Shown here in pieces: positions 13,811 to 27,600 of a stretch of DNA of 64,000 nt. The notes below the pieces were generated by a model. That model was not told where the DNA came from, searched no databases, and was given only the letters and a program-made list of their open reading frames with translations. Position 1 is the first letter of the stretch, and the number at the start of each line of letters is the position of its first letter. Made by a program: the position numbers and the translations under genes. The DNA is from Camelus dromedarius (lineage: Eukaryota), in the NCBI RefSeq assembly GCF_036321535.1, contig NC_087436.1, forward strand, positions 55,740,001 to 55,804,000, read 5' to 3'.

Positions 13811-15189
13811 AAGAGGAAATAATTATAATTGTTTTCACTTTATAAATTTTTGTGTGTTTTAGGTCTTAATGCTAAACATTATCTTTTTCCTGTCTGAACC
13901 ACTTAACAGTTACACTATTATTACACCCCTTTTACAGACAAGAAGACTAAAGAATAATGTTGTTGAGTAGTGGAACTTGGAAAAATTTCAGCTTTGATCA
14001 GTTTCAATTTCTAAGGTCTTAGCCTCCATGCTATACTCCACACCACCATCAAATACACTCCTCAGAAAAGCAGCTGAAGACAACTAGCAAATACTCTGGA
14101 GCCAGTTAGGTTGAAAAACAGATGATATTTCCTATTCAATACATTGGCATCCCCTAATCCTAATTCTAGTCTATGCATGGTGCATGCAAAACAGTTAGAG
14201 AGGATGGCATGGCAAGAAGCTCTACTATATATGTCACTTAATTGTTAACCATAATAGAAAAAGAATAATTTCTTCATTAAAGTAGACATTAAAATTTTGC
14301 CACACTTCAGCAAAAAATAGAATTCTGCCTATTCCAAAACTTGCTTACCTTAAGAGCTTGGCAATCACTTCATAAAGTTCTTAGACCTACCATCAGAATT
14401 TACAATCAGGTATTATATAAATGTATATGTATCCAAAACATGAAAAAAATCTATTGCATAATGCAGTTTCATTTAACTTTTCTGGTGACTGCTTTATGAC
14501 AGTGACCTACATGGTCTGAAAACGCAATGTGACAAAGAATATATCTGCTTTCCATCCCAAGGACATTCTTGAAAATGGGCTGTAATATTTCAAGAGTTTT
14601 ATCCTTGTGAGTAAAATGTTAATAAATAGATAAATCGTAACAGTTGCCAAGTCATGAGCTTGTAGTCAGTATAGCTAAAGGAAGAACATGATGTCATAGA
14701 AGGCAGGACTAGAATATAAAAATTTTTAATATTGTCACCACTAGAGTTTTCCCCAATCTGGGAAGTTATTCTTGGTCAAGTGTTGAAGGACATCACAATT
14801 CAAATAAGTTATTGGTATGGATCCATTTAGAAAGAGTCAGACCAGACCAAATAAACCACTCCTACCAATGATGCAATGTGAAATCCACATTGGAATTCTC
14901 TCTAGAATGACCTGGAGGAATAAGGTGACTGGCTATGAACCATCCTTCTGCTCACTTACTTCCTCATACTACAGGACAGAGAATAGCAATTAGGCTAACG
15001 ACTATATTTCAGAAAAGAAAGAAATTATCTTCTACAGGCTTACTGATAAATTAAGATGAATTAACCAATATACATGATATTGTTGGTTTTGAAAATATTT
15101 TGTCTAAAAATGTATTAGTATTTATATTCATCTTCATATGTGATTTATTTGGAGTATTTAAATTATAATTACTTGGTAATAATAGTAAC

Positions 15190-15480
15190 TATAAAATGAC
15201 AGGTAGCATTTATTTAGGTCTCACTATGTATACTAAGTAATTTTCTTACATTCAATCCTCTCAACAACCTTATGAGGCAGGTGCTATTATCATAAACATA
15301 ATAAGCTCTTTACCTACATAAAATCTCCATAATAATCCCATGACATCTTATTTTCATAACCAGTGTTTTAAAGATAATGAAACTAGTTAAGAATAAATAA
15401 GTAATTTGCAGTAAGACTTAAAGAGTGAAGCTAGACTCCAACCCTCAGACCTCAGAACTCCTGCTCTTAACCACAGCGCT
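15190..15480 (-). mobile_element. MIR SINE fragments
   Basis: aatcctctcaacaaccttatgaggcaggtgctattatc and gaaactagtt...gtaatttgc...ctcttaaccac motifs. Confidence 0.6.
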
Positions 15481-16668
15481 TTCCCTCACTTCATCTTGTA
15501 TATTGTTTAAATGGTGACATTTTCGAGGAAAATACTGATCATAAGAAAAACTAAGAGGCCGCACTATAGCCATGGCTTTATTCCGACAAACCAGTGTTTA
15601 TGTATTTCTCCTGTATTGTTTGTAGGAACTCACCATTTACCACACACACGCACACACACAGACACACACACACACTCCACATACTCCCTCAGAGGAACCA
15701 CTAACATATGATTTAATTATTTCTAGGATGATAGTCACTCATTCAGTCACAAATCAAGCCCCCTCAAATTAAATCTTTGTTTCCTATAGCCACAATACTA
15801 CATATTAAATTTGCATTACTGGAAACCCATTTTGAACTATAAAACGTATTTAAATTACCTCTCCAAAAATGAGAGTAATATAACATAGAAATATCTGTTT
15901 TAAAACATTTTAGAGCAAAAGCATCATATAATTGTTACAGCAAAACATTTCTGCATAGGCTGCACAGGTTCACACTTCTTAAATTAGTCTGCTGAAGTTT
16001 GTGCTGATGACACAGTCATTTCTGATAAATCACACAGTAATTGTAAGCTTCTATTGTTCCAAGAACCAGCAAGCCTTGCTTAAAATCAGCATCATAAGGT
16101 TCAAATTCTTTGTTTCTGATTCAATAGATGTCAATGTATTTTTCTGAGAGTCTCTGAATGCTAAGTGTGAGGGTAGAAGTTATTTCTGTGAAGACATAGT
16201 GAATAATCTCTTCAAATGAAAGTTCACTGACTTAACCAGCTTTAGTTCACTTCACTATTCAATTACTCGTTTATTATTTATTTTACAAATAGTTATTGAG
16301 CATCTACTGCCTGCCAGGCACGATTCTTACACTGGCAATACAGGAAATATAAGGTCCATCCTTCTTATAAATGTTATTTTGGTCTTGGTCAGGGATCTGT
16401 AAATATGAGTTTGGTAATTATAATAAGGAGTTTTTAAGAGTCATATTATGACTTTCTATTTCTTTTTTCCCCAATGCTAGGATTACACTCACTCATTTAT
16501 AGAAGCACAGTTATCAACAACTCCCCTATTTAAGGCAGCCAGAAGCTTTGCACAGTGCTATGTGATATACAAACAAATCTGAGAGAAAAATGGAGCAACC
16601 TTAATATTTGGGAAAAAAATCACTATACTATATGCCTTCTTACAGTTCCAATAGCTTAATGAAAATCT

Positions 16669-16796
16669 ATCATGTGAAAAAGAATATGAAAATGAATATA
16701 TGTATATTCCTATATGACTGAAGTATTATGCTGTACACTAGAAACTGACATAACATTGTAAACTGACTACACTTCAGTAAAAATATATATAAGAAA
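16669..16796 (+). mobile_element. Truncated young L1 3' end
   Basis: gaaaaagaatatgaaaatgaatatatg...tatgctgtacactagaaactgacataacattgtaaactgactacacttca; TSD GAAAATCT (16661-16668 and 16797-16804). Confidence 0.8.
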
Positions 16797-17959
16797 GAAA
16801 ATCTGACTAAGCTCAGACATCTTTAACATTTTAAATTATTTAACTCTGTCTTAGACAATCTATGCTTTAGTAATCACATATATCAACTTCATATCATTGC
16901 AAAAGTTAAGAGGAAAAACATGTATATTCATCAGCAATAATTATTAGAGCAAAGATTAACTGCTACCCATAATAATTAGTCAAATTGATAATTAATGACC
17001 ATGGTATACCTACCACAGCATTAAAAAGGCAATTATGTTACTCATTGCTACATCTCATCTGTATCATCTAGCAAATTACAATTGTAAATGATAATACATA
17101 TTGAGGACTTTATTGCTGCATAATTAATTGTAGAAGTGTTCTCAAGCTATGATTCACCCACTGATGGTATGCAAAGCCACAGAACAAACTAAGCATAAAC
17201 TCTCCAAGAGAAGGTACTAAAACTTTGTACAGCAACATATCTGTAACATTTTTAGCTTGGGGTTTCCCTTATGTTCCCAAATCAGTGTTACGGTAATGAA
17301 AAGTCACCAGCCTTTGCAAATAATGGAGAGGTCTGATCTCTTTTATAGCTCCCTTAAAAGCACCATCCCCAGAGCACAGTCACTATTTTGTCAAAAATTA
17401 AAGCTCTCTGGAAAATTTCTATTCCCAGGGTATGGTGGCCATTTGATTTGATTCAGAGCTCAGCCCTGGGGGAGCCCCAGGGCTTTATCAAAATGATAGC
17501 AAAGTACTGGAAACATCTCAGCTGCCTAAGACTGAGGTTCAGCTGGAGTAAACAGGAGCCTGGGAGAGGGGGAAATTAAAAAAAAAAAAATCCTGAAGAA
17601 CTAGATGAACACAGGGAACTCTGAAATTCTCCAACACATTCATGGGGATCTCAAAGGCTGGGCCCAAGCCCACGAAAGACATAGGAAAGGAGAAGGTGGT
17701 AGTCATTCACTGACCTTATATTGACTGAACTTATAACTCTGTGGGAGCAAAAAGTGAAAGCTAATGATGTCTTGTACTCTGCCTAAAGTTTGGTTGTGTC
17801 TTCCAACAGTCACAGATCCCCTTGAAGGAGGTGGAAAATAAAATAATCAGAAATTGCATATAAGAATATTTATTGACAGATCATTGCTGGCCACTAAATT
17901 CTGATCTCCTAGGTGAGTCCTAGGAAGCCAAACTTAAAAATAAAAGCAAGAAAAAAAAA

Positions 17960-18047
17960 TATATATCTATATGTACATATATATACACACACACATATAT
18001 ATGTACATATATATATACACATACACACACACACACAAACACACTCT

Positions 18048-18101
<54 letters not shown>

Positions 18102-18107
18102 CACACA
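17960..18107. repeat. Compound (TA)n/(CA)n microsatellite
   Basis: Long pure (TA)n at about 18054-18097, plus CA/TA mixtures. Confidence 0.95.
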
Positions 18108-18314
18108 TGCTAGATAACTGCTCTATGTAAAAAAAAAGAAAGAAGAAACTAAAGATAATAATTCAGGCTAAAACAAAAGAATACTAAATAGTAACTCAAA
18201 TCCACAAGAATTATAAAAAGCACTGATAAAACGTACTACATAGGTAAATATAAAACACAGTATAAACATATATTTATTCATAATTATTTTCCTCTCTTTA
18301 AAAAGAGAACTACA

Positions 18315-18419
18315 GGGGGAGGGTATAGCTCAGTGGTAGAGTGTGTGCTTAGCATGCATGAGGTCCTGGGTTCAATCCCCAGCACCTCCATTAATTAAAC
18401 AAAAATCTTTTAAATTAAA
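18315..18419 (+). mobile_element. tRNA-Ala-derived camelid SINE (Vic-1-like), short-tailed copy
   Basis: GGGGGAGGGTATAGCTCAGTGGTAGAG...GGTTCAATCCCCAGCACCTCCA plus an AT tail. Imperfect TSD aaaagagaactaca/aaaagacagttaca. Nested in an L1. Confidence 0.88.
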
Positions 18420-18677
18420 AAAAGACAGTTACATAATTACATAAACAATAATTATAAAATTCTGTTGTTAGGTTTGTAATGTACAGATATATAATTTATA
18501 TGGCAATAACAGTACAAAGAAATGGAAGAAACAAAAGTATATTGGAGCAAAGATTTGTATACTTTCAAACTTAAGTTAGTATTAATTAAGTTAGCTTTAA
18601 TCCAAACTAAATTGTTTTAAATTAAGATGCTAATTGTAATCCCTTTAGGGAAAGCACTAAAAAAAATAACTAAAAAA

Positions 18678-18678
18678 G

Positions 18679-18721
<43 letters not shown>
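18678..18721 (+). repeat. (TAGA)n tetranucleotide STR
   Basis: About 10 perfect units. Confidence 0.95.
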
Positions 18722-21700
18722 TAAAAGAAACAAGGGAATGAAATGGTATAATAGGAAATATCTATTTGACACAAAGAAGATACTAATTGATGAATGGTAG
18801 GACAAAAAAAAAAAAAAAAAGAAAGATGTTAGACATATGGAATACAAATAACAAAATGCCAGACAAAAATCCTACCATATCATTATATTATATTATAAAT
18901 TTATAATATTTATATTATATATAAATTGGTTAGTTTAAAAGCAGATATTGGCAGAAGGAACAGAAAAATACATGATCCAAATTAAGCAGTCCATAAGAGA
19001 CATTCTTTAGATTCAAAGACACAAACAGATGGAAACTAAAAGGATAACAAGATAAACTATTCATTTAGTAACTAAACTAAAACTGTACTACTATATTAAA
19101 TATAACAGACTTCAAGAAAAATTGCTATTAGAGATAAAGAATAGCATTTTCTAATGATAAGAATATCAATCCATCAGGAAGATGTAACAGTTATGAACCT
19201 AATAAAAGAGTTCCAAAATGCATAAAGCAAAAACTGTTTGAATTGAAGGGAGAAATAAACTATTAAACAAATAATAGTTGGAGATTTCAATAACCCACTT
19301 TCAACCATGGATAGAACAACAAGGCAGAAGATAAACAGGGAAATATAAGGCTTGAACAACACTATGTACCAACCAAACATAAAAGACATCTATAGAACAC
19401 TCCATCCAACAACATAAAATACGCATTCTCAAACACATATAGAACATTCTCCAGAATAGATCATATGCTAGGTTATGAAATAAGTTTTGATAAATTTAAA
19501 AGGCAGAAATCATATTAAGTATGTTCAACCAATATGGAATAAAATTGGAAATCAAAAATATAATTAGGAAAATTCACCAATATGTGAAAATTAAACAATG
19601 CAGTTTCTTTTAATAGTCAAAAAAATCACAGGAGGAATCAGAAAATACTTTGATGGATGTAAACAAAAATACAACATACTGAAATGTATATTAGAGGGAT
19701 ATTTATAGCTGAAATGCCTAAAGTATAAAAGAAAAAAGATCTTCAATTAATATTCTAAACTTCTACTTCAAGAAAACAGAAAATAAGAGTAAAATAAACC
19801 AAAAGCAATCAAGAGGAAAAAAATCAGACAGATTAGAGCAAAACTTAATGAAATAAAAAACTGAAAATCAATAGAGAAAATAAATGAAACCAAAAGTTAG
19901 TTATTTGAAAAGATGGACAAAATTGACAAACCTTTATATTGAACATGAAAAAAGAGAGGACTGAAATGATCATAATCAGAAATGAAAAGGGGACATTATT
20001 TCCAGCCTCAGAGGAATAAAAATAATTATAAGGTAATAGGAAGAATAATTATATGCCAAAAAATTAGGTAGGTTAGATGAAGTGGACAAATTCCCAGGAA
20101 GACACAAACAAACGTAACTTATTCAAGGAGAAATACAAACTCTGAACAGATGTATAAAAAAATAAAACTTGAATTATACATTATTTAAGTTCACAAAGAA
20201 ATGTTTGAACCCAGAATACTTTCTGATGAATTCTACCAAACATTTAAGATACAACACAAATCCTTCACAAACTCTTCCAAGAAATAGATTAGGGAACACT
20301 TCTTAATGGATTCTGAGGTCAGTATTACCAAATACAAAACAAAAACAAAAACAAACAAAAACCTGGCAAAGACATCACAAGAAAACTACAGACCAGTATC
20401 TCTTTTAAATATAGATGCAAAATTCTTACAAAACACTAGCAATCAAACTCCAGTAACATATAAAAAGAATTATATGCCAGGACCAAGTATGATTTAACCC
20501 AGCAATTCAATGTTGGATTAACATCTGAAAAATCAGTCCATATACTACACAATATTTATAGAATAAAAGACAAAAAAAAATGCTCATTGGAATAGATGAA
20601 GTAAAATGTTTGATAAAATTCAACACCTTTTTAAAAATAAAACCATTCAACAAACTAGGAATAGACATGAACTTCTTCAAGTTGATAAAGAGAATTCATG
20701 AAATCCTACATGTAATATCACTCTTAATGGAGAAAAACTGAAATGCTTTCCACCTAAGATCAGACACAAGACAGGATGTTCACTCTTGCCACCACTTTTC
20801 AACTTTGTACTGAAATTTCCAACCAGTGCAATTACGAATGAAAAAAAAAGCATAAAGTTAAAATAAAGAAGAAAAACTTATAAATGTCATGATCTTATAT
20901 ACAGAAAATCCTAAGGAACGAGTTGCATCTCAAAAATACTATTAAAAAAAAAACAAAAACCTTCCCCCAAACAATAAGAAATTGTTATATAAAAACTCAG
21001 AGGAATAATTTTAAAATGCTGTGTGTGTGTTTTTTTTAATGGAATAAACGAGTAATAATAGTGTTGTCACAAACCATTCTTCAGCATGAAAAGTCATATG
21101 ATCATCCACTAGTATAATCCAGCAAATTTTTGTCACTTAATGTATTTACAAGGAGAATGTAAATTCAGAAAGTATGCAGCAGGGAGAGAATGAGAGTAGC
21201 AATTTGACTTAAGGAGAAAGTCCATTTGTTGTTTGTTGTTTGGTATTTTTTGAGAAGTATTTCATTCAAGAAAACTCTGATTGCTCTTGTGTGTTGCATG
21301 TTTCTAAAATGCTGAGTGGTGAGGTTTGCATACCCATAGCTATTTCTTTTCAGAAATAAATAGACCCAAATTCCCATTTCCATCATCTATGTGATGGGAG
21401 ATAGCCCTCTGACAATTTGATTGAGTTCAGAACCGTAAAGGACAGAGGAAAGAAAAATCTGAAAAATGAAAGCTTTTCTAGCTCCTGAGAATCATCTTCT
21501 ATCTAAGTTCAGTATTGGATGTCTAAGAAATTGTGATGAGCCACCAGTGATCCATTCAGAATGGGCAGGCGTTGGCCTTAGTATGCATAGATGATTTCCA
21601 GTTCAATTTAGTTTCCAGGTTACATTAGAATACTGCATATCTAAGCTTTTGTAGTGTTTCCAGAAGAGTTTTCAAAGAAGAAAGAACAGCAAGGTCAAGT

Positions 21701-22139
21701 TGATAGTAGGCGCGCAATGAGAAATAAAAACAGGACAAATGAGAGAGCATGTAGATATAATCTGAATTTGAAATCAGCTGATTTGTATCCCCTGTTGTGT
21801 CATTTACTCTCTCTCTTCACTCTCACATGGACTTTGGAACTAGGTTCTGTAAGTTCTTCCTCATACAAAAGGTTAAAATAACAAATTCAATTTCCATTAT
21901 GCTAACTGACCCTGAATCCTTTCTGCAACCTCTGTCAATATACACCTGGGATTCATTTATCATGTTACTTAATACATTATGAAAACAACTGGGTTACAGA
22001 CTTTGTATAGAAATCAATTCTCTATGCAGATCATTTGTGTGGTGTTAACAGAGCAGGCTGAGACATGCCTTTAATCCACAGTGCAGCAATACACAAAGGA
22101 GAAAACTCACTGGTCAGTGCCCCCACTTTTAAGTGATGA

Positions 22140-22355
22140 TGAAAATGATAATTTAATGTATGTCATGCCTCATCATAAACTCTTTATAAACATGAGTTAA
22201 TCCTATAATAACCGTAGCCAACTAGGATGATACATAAATCAGGAACTGAGACATACAGAGTTTCAGTACATTGTTCAGGTTGCTCAGTATGTCACAAACC
22301 CAGGATTCCAGCTGGAGCGGTTGGGTTTGAGACCTGAGTTTATAACCACTATATT
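22140..22355 (-). mobile_element. MIR SINE
   Basis: taatcctataataacc...ggaactgagacatacagag...ttgttcaggttgctcag...ccaggattcca. Confidence 0.6.
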
Positions 22356-22721
22356 AGCCCTGTGTTATAAGAACAGATGGTGTCGATTTCAATAGAATAA
22401 TGCTAATCTATTTTTTAAATATATCAGCTGCAAATGGCTAAAGGTCATTCTATGCCATTTGCATTTTCATGGAGTAGTTACGAAGTGATATATATACATA
22501 TGACATATATTTATATGACATATATTTAAATTTACATGCAGTTGAAAGCAAATCAGATTAGGGTAATTTAATTACTTAGAAACAAATGAATCAATAAGTT
22601 ATACTTTTTAAAGAATTTAATGGAGAGTAAAGACGTTTAACTTTTATTATGCCTCTCGACTTGAGTTTCCTCATCTATAAATAAGAGGGCTGGAAGAATT
22701 GACTATATATTAGCTATAAAG

Positions 22722-23316
22722 TTGTTTGTAAGATCTACTTCAAAATTCTACATTCGTATCTTGTATTTTTCTGAAAGGCTGTTTATTTCTTTTTCTTACA
22801 CATTTACAATAGCACTGAATATGTTAAAATGTAGAGTTAGTAGTGGTATGTATTAAACACATTTATTTCTCATTTTATTATTTTTCTTATGATTTTTTTT
22901 GTGCTGTTGCCATTTAAAATTTTAAATAATTTTATATAGTCATTTACTTTTTTTTAAACTCTTCTGGTTTTCCTGTTTTATATTTTAACAGATGTTTCAA
23001 ACATAAAATAAAAAATAAGTTAACCAGTCTTTTCTTCTACTTAATGAGTAGAATTTTTAAAAACATTTTGACCTTTTATTCATTCAGAATTCTTTATAAA
23101 AAATGTAAATTAATTATAAATCAACTTCTTTTTCAAATAGCTAGCCAGTTACCACAATATCATTTATGAAAGCATCTACTCCCCTCTTCCAGCTGATTAC
23201 CTATTAAGGAAATCCAACTTTAATCATAGATTACATTCCCAAATGAGTTTAGGTCACCTTATAAAGTCTTTATTCTGTCACATGAAACTATCTATCCCTG
23301 CACCAGTATCATATTG
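22722..23316 (-). mobile_element. Ancient L1 (L1ME-like) ORF2 segment, inverted
   Basis: Reverse complement reads gatactggtgcagggatagatag...gacagaataaag...aaatgatattgtggtaactggctag...aagaaaaagaaataaacagcc. Confidence 0.6.
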
Positions 23317-23545
23317 GCCAATAAACATATGGAAAGATCCTGACATTCACTTATGGTAAAATTGAAATAAATTAAGGTAACAATGAGCTTTTTCTTATCT
23401 ATCAGATAGACAAAGAGTTATACTTTTAATAATACCAATATTAGTCAAAATGTCAAAACCAGTCACACCAAAATTTTTGGTGAAAATGAAAATTGTACAA
23501 CCAGGCAGCATCTGTAAATATCTCAAATGTGCATGCTCTTTTAAC
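23317..23545 (+). mobile_element. Ancient L1 (L1ME-like) ORF2 C-terminal segment
   Basis: gccaataaacatatggaaagatcc...aattaaggtaacaatgag...ggtgaaaatgaaaattgtacaacc. Confidence 0.6.
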
Positions 23546-23551
23546 CTCACA

Positions 23552-24929
23552 CGGTGATTCTCAATGTGTGGTTTGAGGTCCCTTGGGGGTCCCCCAAGAG
23601 CTTTTCAGGGGAATTGTGAAGCTAAATGATTTTCATCATAATACTAAGAAATCATTTGCCCTTTTTCACTGTGTAAACATTTGCAGTAATGGTTTAAAAG
23701 CAATGATGGGTAAAACTGCTGTCACTTTAGCCAGAATAAAGGCAGTGGCAACAAACTATGCTAATAGTCATTTTATTTTTCTCTACCACGTACACACAGT
23801 TGCACATACACACATACAAACACACAAACATGCACTCATAATATCCTGATAAAGCACTAAAATTATTAATTAACTTTTGAGCATATATTTTTCAAATATT
23901 TTACATGATGAAATATGAGGTACACATTAAGCACTTTTGTTGCCCACTGAAGTATAATGATTGACTTAAGGGAAAAGCTCTCATTTTAGTTGAACTAGCC
24001 CCTTATTTCATGGAACATCATTCTTACTAGAAAGAATTGCTGACAGACAAACTATGGTTATTAATACTTGAATATTGGGAAGATTTTTTTTCTAAAATGA
24101 ACAAAGTGAGTCTGTCACTTCAGGAAGAACAACTGACACTATTTATTGCCAGTGATAAAATCTGAGCTTTCAAGCAAAAATCTGAATTTTGGAAACTTAA
24201 ATCCATCACCAAAAAACTTGATAGCTTCTCAATACTTAAAAGACTTGTATGGTGATATTACCAAATGTGATTTTTTTCATATTATATAACAAAATGCGAA
24301 AACACTTGGAAAACCTTAACAACTTAGGGAACCAATATTTTCAAAATGATTCATGCATGGGTAAAGGGCCATTCAAAATGCAAAACACAAAACAGACTTT
24401 AATGTTATAGTATAAAAAATTAATTTGATTTCACGTTCCACATTGCAACTAATTTTTAAGAAACTTCCACTTGTCAAGTTTTGGTGTAGCATCAAAAAGG
24501 AATACCCACAATTTTCTGTAAAGGTTATTAAAATATTCCTCTGTTTTCCACCTTTCTGTATGAAGCCAAATTTTCTTCACCCACTTCACTAACATCACAA
24601 TACATGGAATGCGGAAGCAGATGTCAGAATTCATCTGCCTTCTATTAAGTGAGACATTGAAAAGATTTGCAATATTTAAATGATGTCACTCTTCTCACTG
24701 ATTTTTTTTGTTTTGGAAAATACAGTTCTTTTTCATAAAAATATTTTAACATCAGTTTTTTATTATTTTAAATAAATAAATCAATAAGTATTTTGAAAAT
24801 TATTCAATATTAATTACCAAAGCAGCAAATATTGATAGACATACCCTGCATTTTAAAAAGCTCTTTGCTCTCCTCAGTAACTATAAAAATGTAAAGGGGT
24901 CCTGAGACCAAAAAGTTTGAGAATTGCTG
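23552..24929 (+). mobile_element. Charlie1a-like hAT DNA transposon (internally deleted)
   Basis: Terminal inverted repeats CGGTGATTCTCAA...TTGAGAATTGCTG. Characteristic aaagcaatgatgggtaaaactgctg and gagtctgtcacttcaggaagaacaactgac. Length about 1.4 kb. Confidence 0.85.
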
Positions 24930-25189
24930 ACTTTGAAACTTTACTAACAGAAAATCACCCAGATAAGTACACAAAATTACTAATGAACTAGTAATTGCTG
25001 GGTATTTTACATTCTTTCCTTTTCTCAATGGAAGTTTTTATTAAGGTTATCCCGATCCTACTCCACCGCTCTATTTTGGTGCTGGGAGAAGATATCTTGT
25101 CTTTTGGTCTATGGTTAATTACAATCAGAAGATAACTTAATGTGGGAGGTGAGTGCAATACTCGGCAGGAACATTTTGCCGAAAGGTGG

Positions 25190-25605
25190 GCTAGTGGCAA
25201 AGGCTGTCAGTGTCCCCCAATACCTGTTCTCAATTTCTTCTCAGTAATCAACCCTGTGAATTTAAGCTGGGCAAATGGGTTGGCAAAAAAGTACTACTTA
25301 TTAGCTTTCTTTGCAGTTAGACGTGATCAGGGAAATGTAAGCAAAATGGTAACAACTTCTGTGAAGACTAGAATGTGGATACAGTATCTGGAACTAGAAC
25401 AAGTATCTGTACAGCAAGATGGAAGTGACATGTTAAAGGTGGCCAAGCACAGAAGGAGCTCAGATCCCTAAGGAGGACAGAGCCACTGTATTAGTCATAG
25501 TCTATCAATCCTTCTGTGAGATTGAGACAAATTTCTATCTTGAGTAAGTAGCTATAATTTGAGATTTTCTGTTATTCATAAATGAACCTAATTTTAACTG
25601 AGAAT
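25190..25605 (+). mobile_element. MaLR MLT1 (I/J-like) LTR
   Basis: agctttctttgcagttagacgtg...aaggagctcagatccct...gagacaaatttctatcttgagtaag...cctaattttaactga. Confidence 0.65.
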
Positions 25606-27600
25606 GACTCAGCAGTATTGTTAGATAAATAGGACTCTATTTTATCTGCTTATCTGTTCTCTTTTCCTAATGTGAGTGATTTTCCATTAGCATTACCACT
25701 GGAGTTTTTCAAGGTAGTAGAATACCACTGAAGATGACAGTGGCAACTCAAATTTTCTTGGAATATTTGGTAATCCTATTCCTAAAGCACATGTCCATAC
25801 AAAACATTATTTTTTTTTTAACAGGAAGATTTCAGAACTAATTCATACACTATTCACATACACACACAATACCTTATTTTACTTGATTAAATGAAGCAAA
25901 ATATTTGTTATTTATAAGTTGATAATACTCCAACAGTATCTAAACTAAGATTACTAGCAAGGGAAATGAGCTAGGTATTATCTCTCCACCATAGAACTAT
26001 AAAATGTTTGAATTAGAAGATATCTTAGCAAACATTTCATTGAACTCATTCTTCTTTTCAGATAAAGATGCTTAGAGCCACAAGGAAAAAACTACAAGAT
26101 CACAAGATTATTTATAAAGCACTGACACAGAAAAGCACCAATTATTATTCTTTAGCACATTTATTGTAACCAATAAAACACAATTCATCAGTCTGGAATA
26201 CTAAATGAATGATATTTCCTCTCTTTTTTTATTTAATTACTGAAGATCCTACTGCCTTTATTAGCAAGAAGACCATCTACCTTCCTTCCAAACTGCTGTA
26301 GAACTTCATGATCATATTTAGTTCTCAGATTATACTCAGCCTTCACCACCATCCTGATCTACTCACCCACCAGTTTCACTATTTCTCTCTTCTCTCTTTA
26401 ACACATGGGTTCTTTCTTTGACATACAGCTTTTATATTAAGTCATAAGGATTTCAGTGACAGTCTATCTAAAAACCCTGCTGAAATTAGCAGCAAATCAC
26501 ATTTTAAAATACAAAATTCACATTTTACTTAGGAAACTATAAGAAAGAATTCCATTTTTTTTTAATGAAAGCATAGTTCTTTGATTCTTACTTAAAAGTA
26601 AGGTAAAAAATAATTTGGATTTTTTTTAAGGCTAATTGTAGGAATCTTTGGAATTTTCTGGGATCTGTCTTTTCTAACTTCCCTAATGATATCTTTCTAA
26701 GAGATTCCTTTACAAAACAACCAAAAACAAAACCAAAAAACAAAAACCCAGAAAACCTACGTATGCTTAAGTAGATGGCAGTAATACTTTAATTCATTAT
26801 ATAACTATCCACTGCATTGATCTTTTGTCTGTTTCTGTGCAAGTTAACTTATTTTGATGTTTTATGTCATGAATCAGTATAGGAATTTAATTAAATTGAT
26901 ATATTAACTGTGCTGTAATTGCCACTGAAGTATTGTAAATGTCAGGCCACTCTGCTCTCATCCCAGATCATGACTGGAAATAAGATGCTGCAATGCAGAT
27001 TTTCTTTTTCAAGAGGTGTGCACAAAAAGAAATAACCCAAAGACACCCATTTTGACCCAGGACCTAGAACTTGAATTTTACTTTTCACATAGAAATGGAA
27101 CATGCTTTTGCAGAATATTTGGTTAATTACCTATAATTATTTGTTTCACTTTTTTCTAATGTTGCAGTGGTTAATGTTCTACTATATTCATGATCTGATC
27201 ATTGATAAATTGCATGTCAATATACATGTTACTCATTTTTTTAAACTCTTAGTCAGTATTTTTTAAATGTTAGTTTCATTTCCATTTCCACTAAGAGTAT
27301 TTTCAAAATGTCTCCTGATAGTTACTTTAAAAAGTTTCATACTGTATGTTATCAATATAAAATTCTTATAAAAATTACATATCCAATTTAGCAAAATTGT
27401 CCTCACCTACAGGCCTTACAAATCTGATGATTTTTCCTCTAACTTAAAACCTCCAAAACTGTAATACACAGCATCATACATAAATATTTAGGAGCAAATT
27501 AATTAAATACATTTTTGGATTTTAAGTTCTATGAGAAAGTCTATTTTTAAAAGTAGAAATCAATTTATTTTTTAAATTATTCTGGAATTCTTTGGGTAAT

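Larger units (their letters stand above)
17400..20930 (+). mobile_element. Old L1 (L1M-type) with ORF2 endonuclease and reverse-transcriptase remnant
   Basis: A translated fragment reads ENYRPVSLLNIDAK (L1 RT motif, about 20380-20425). Long A-rich ORF2-like sequence from about 18900 to 20930. Most of ORF1 appears to be missing. The 5' boundary is uncertain. Confidence 0.8.

Noticed and set aside
17462..17484. 10-bp GC-rich hairpin AGCCCTGGGG-GAG-CCCCAGGGCT
   Set aside because: Lies in probable L1 5' sequence and is too short for a pre-miRNA.
17909..18113. YI/HT-rich ORFs
   Set aside because: Translations of the TA/CA microsatellite.
18315..18390. tRNA-Ala(AGC) gene (also at 3912 and 47400-47474)
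   Set aside because: Extra 5' bases, CpG-decay substitutions, AT-rich tails, TSDs and multiple diverged copies identify these as SINEs, not functional tRNAs.
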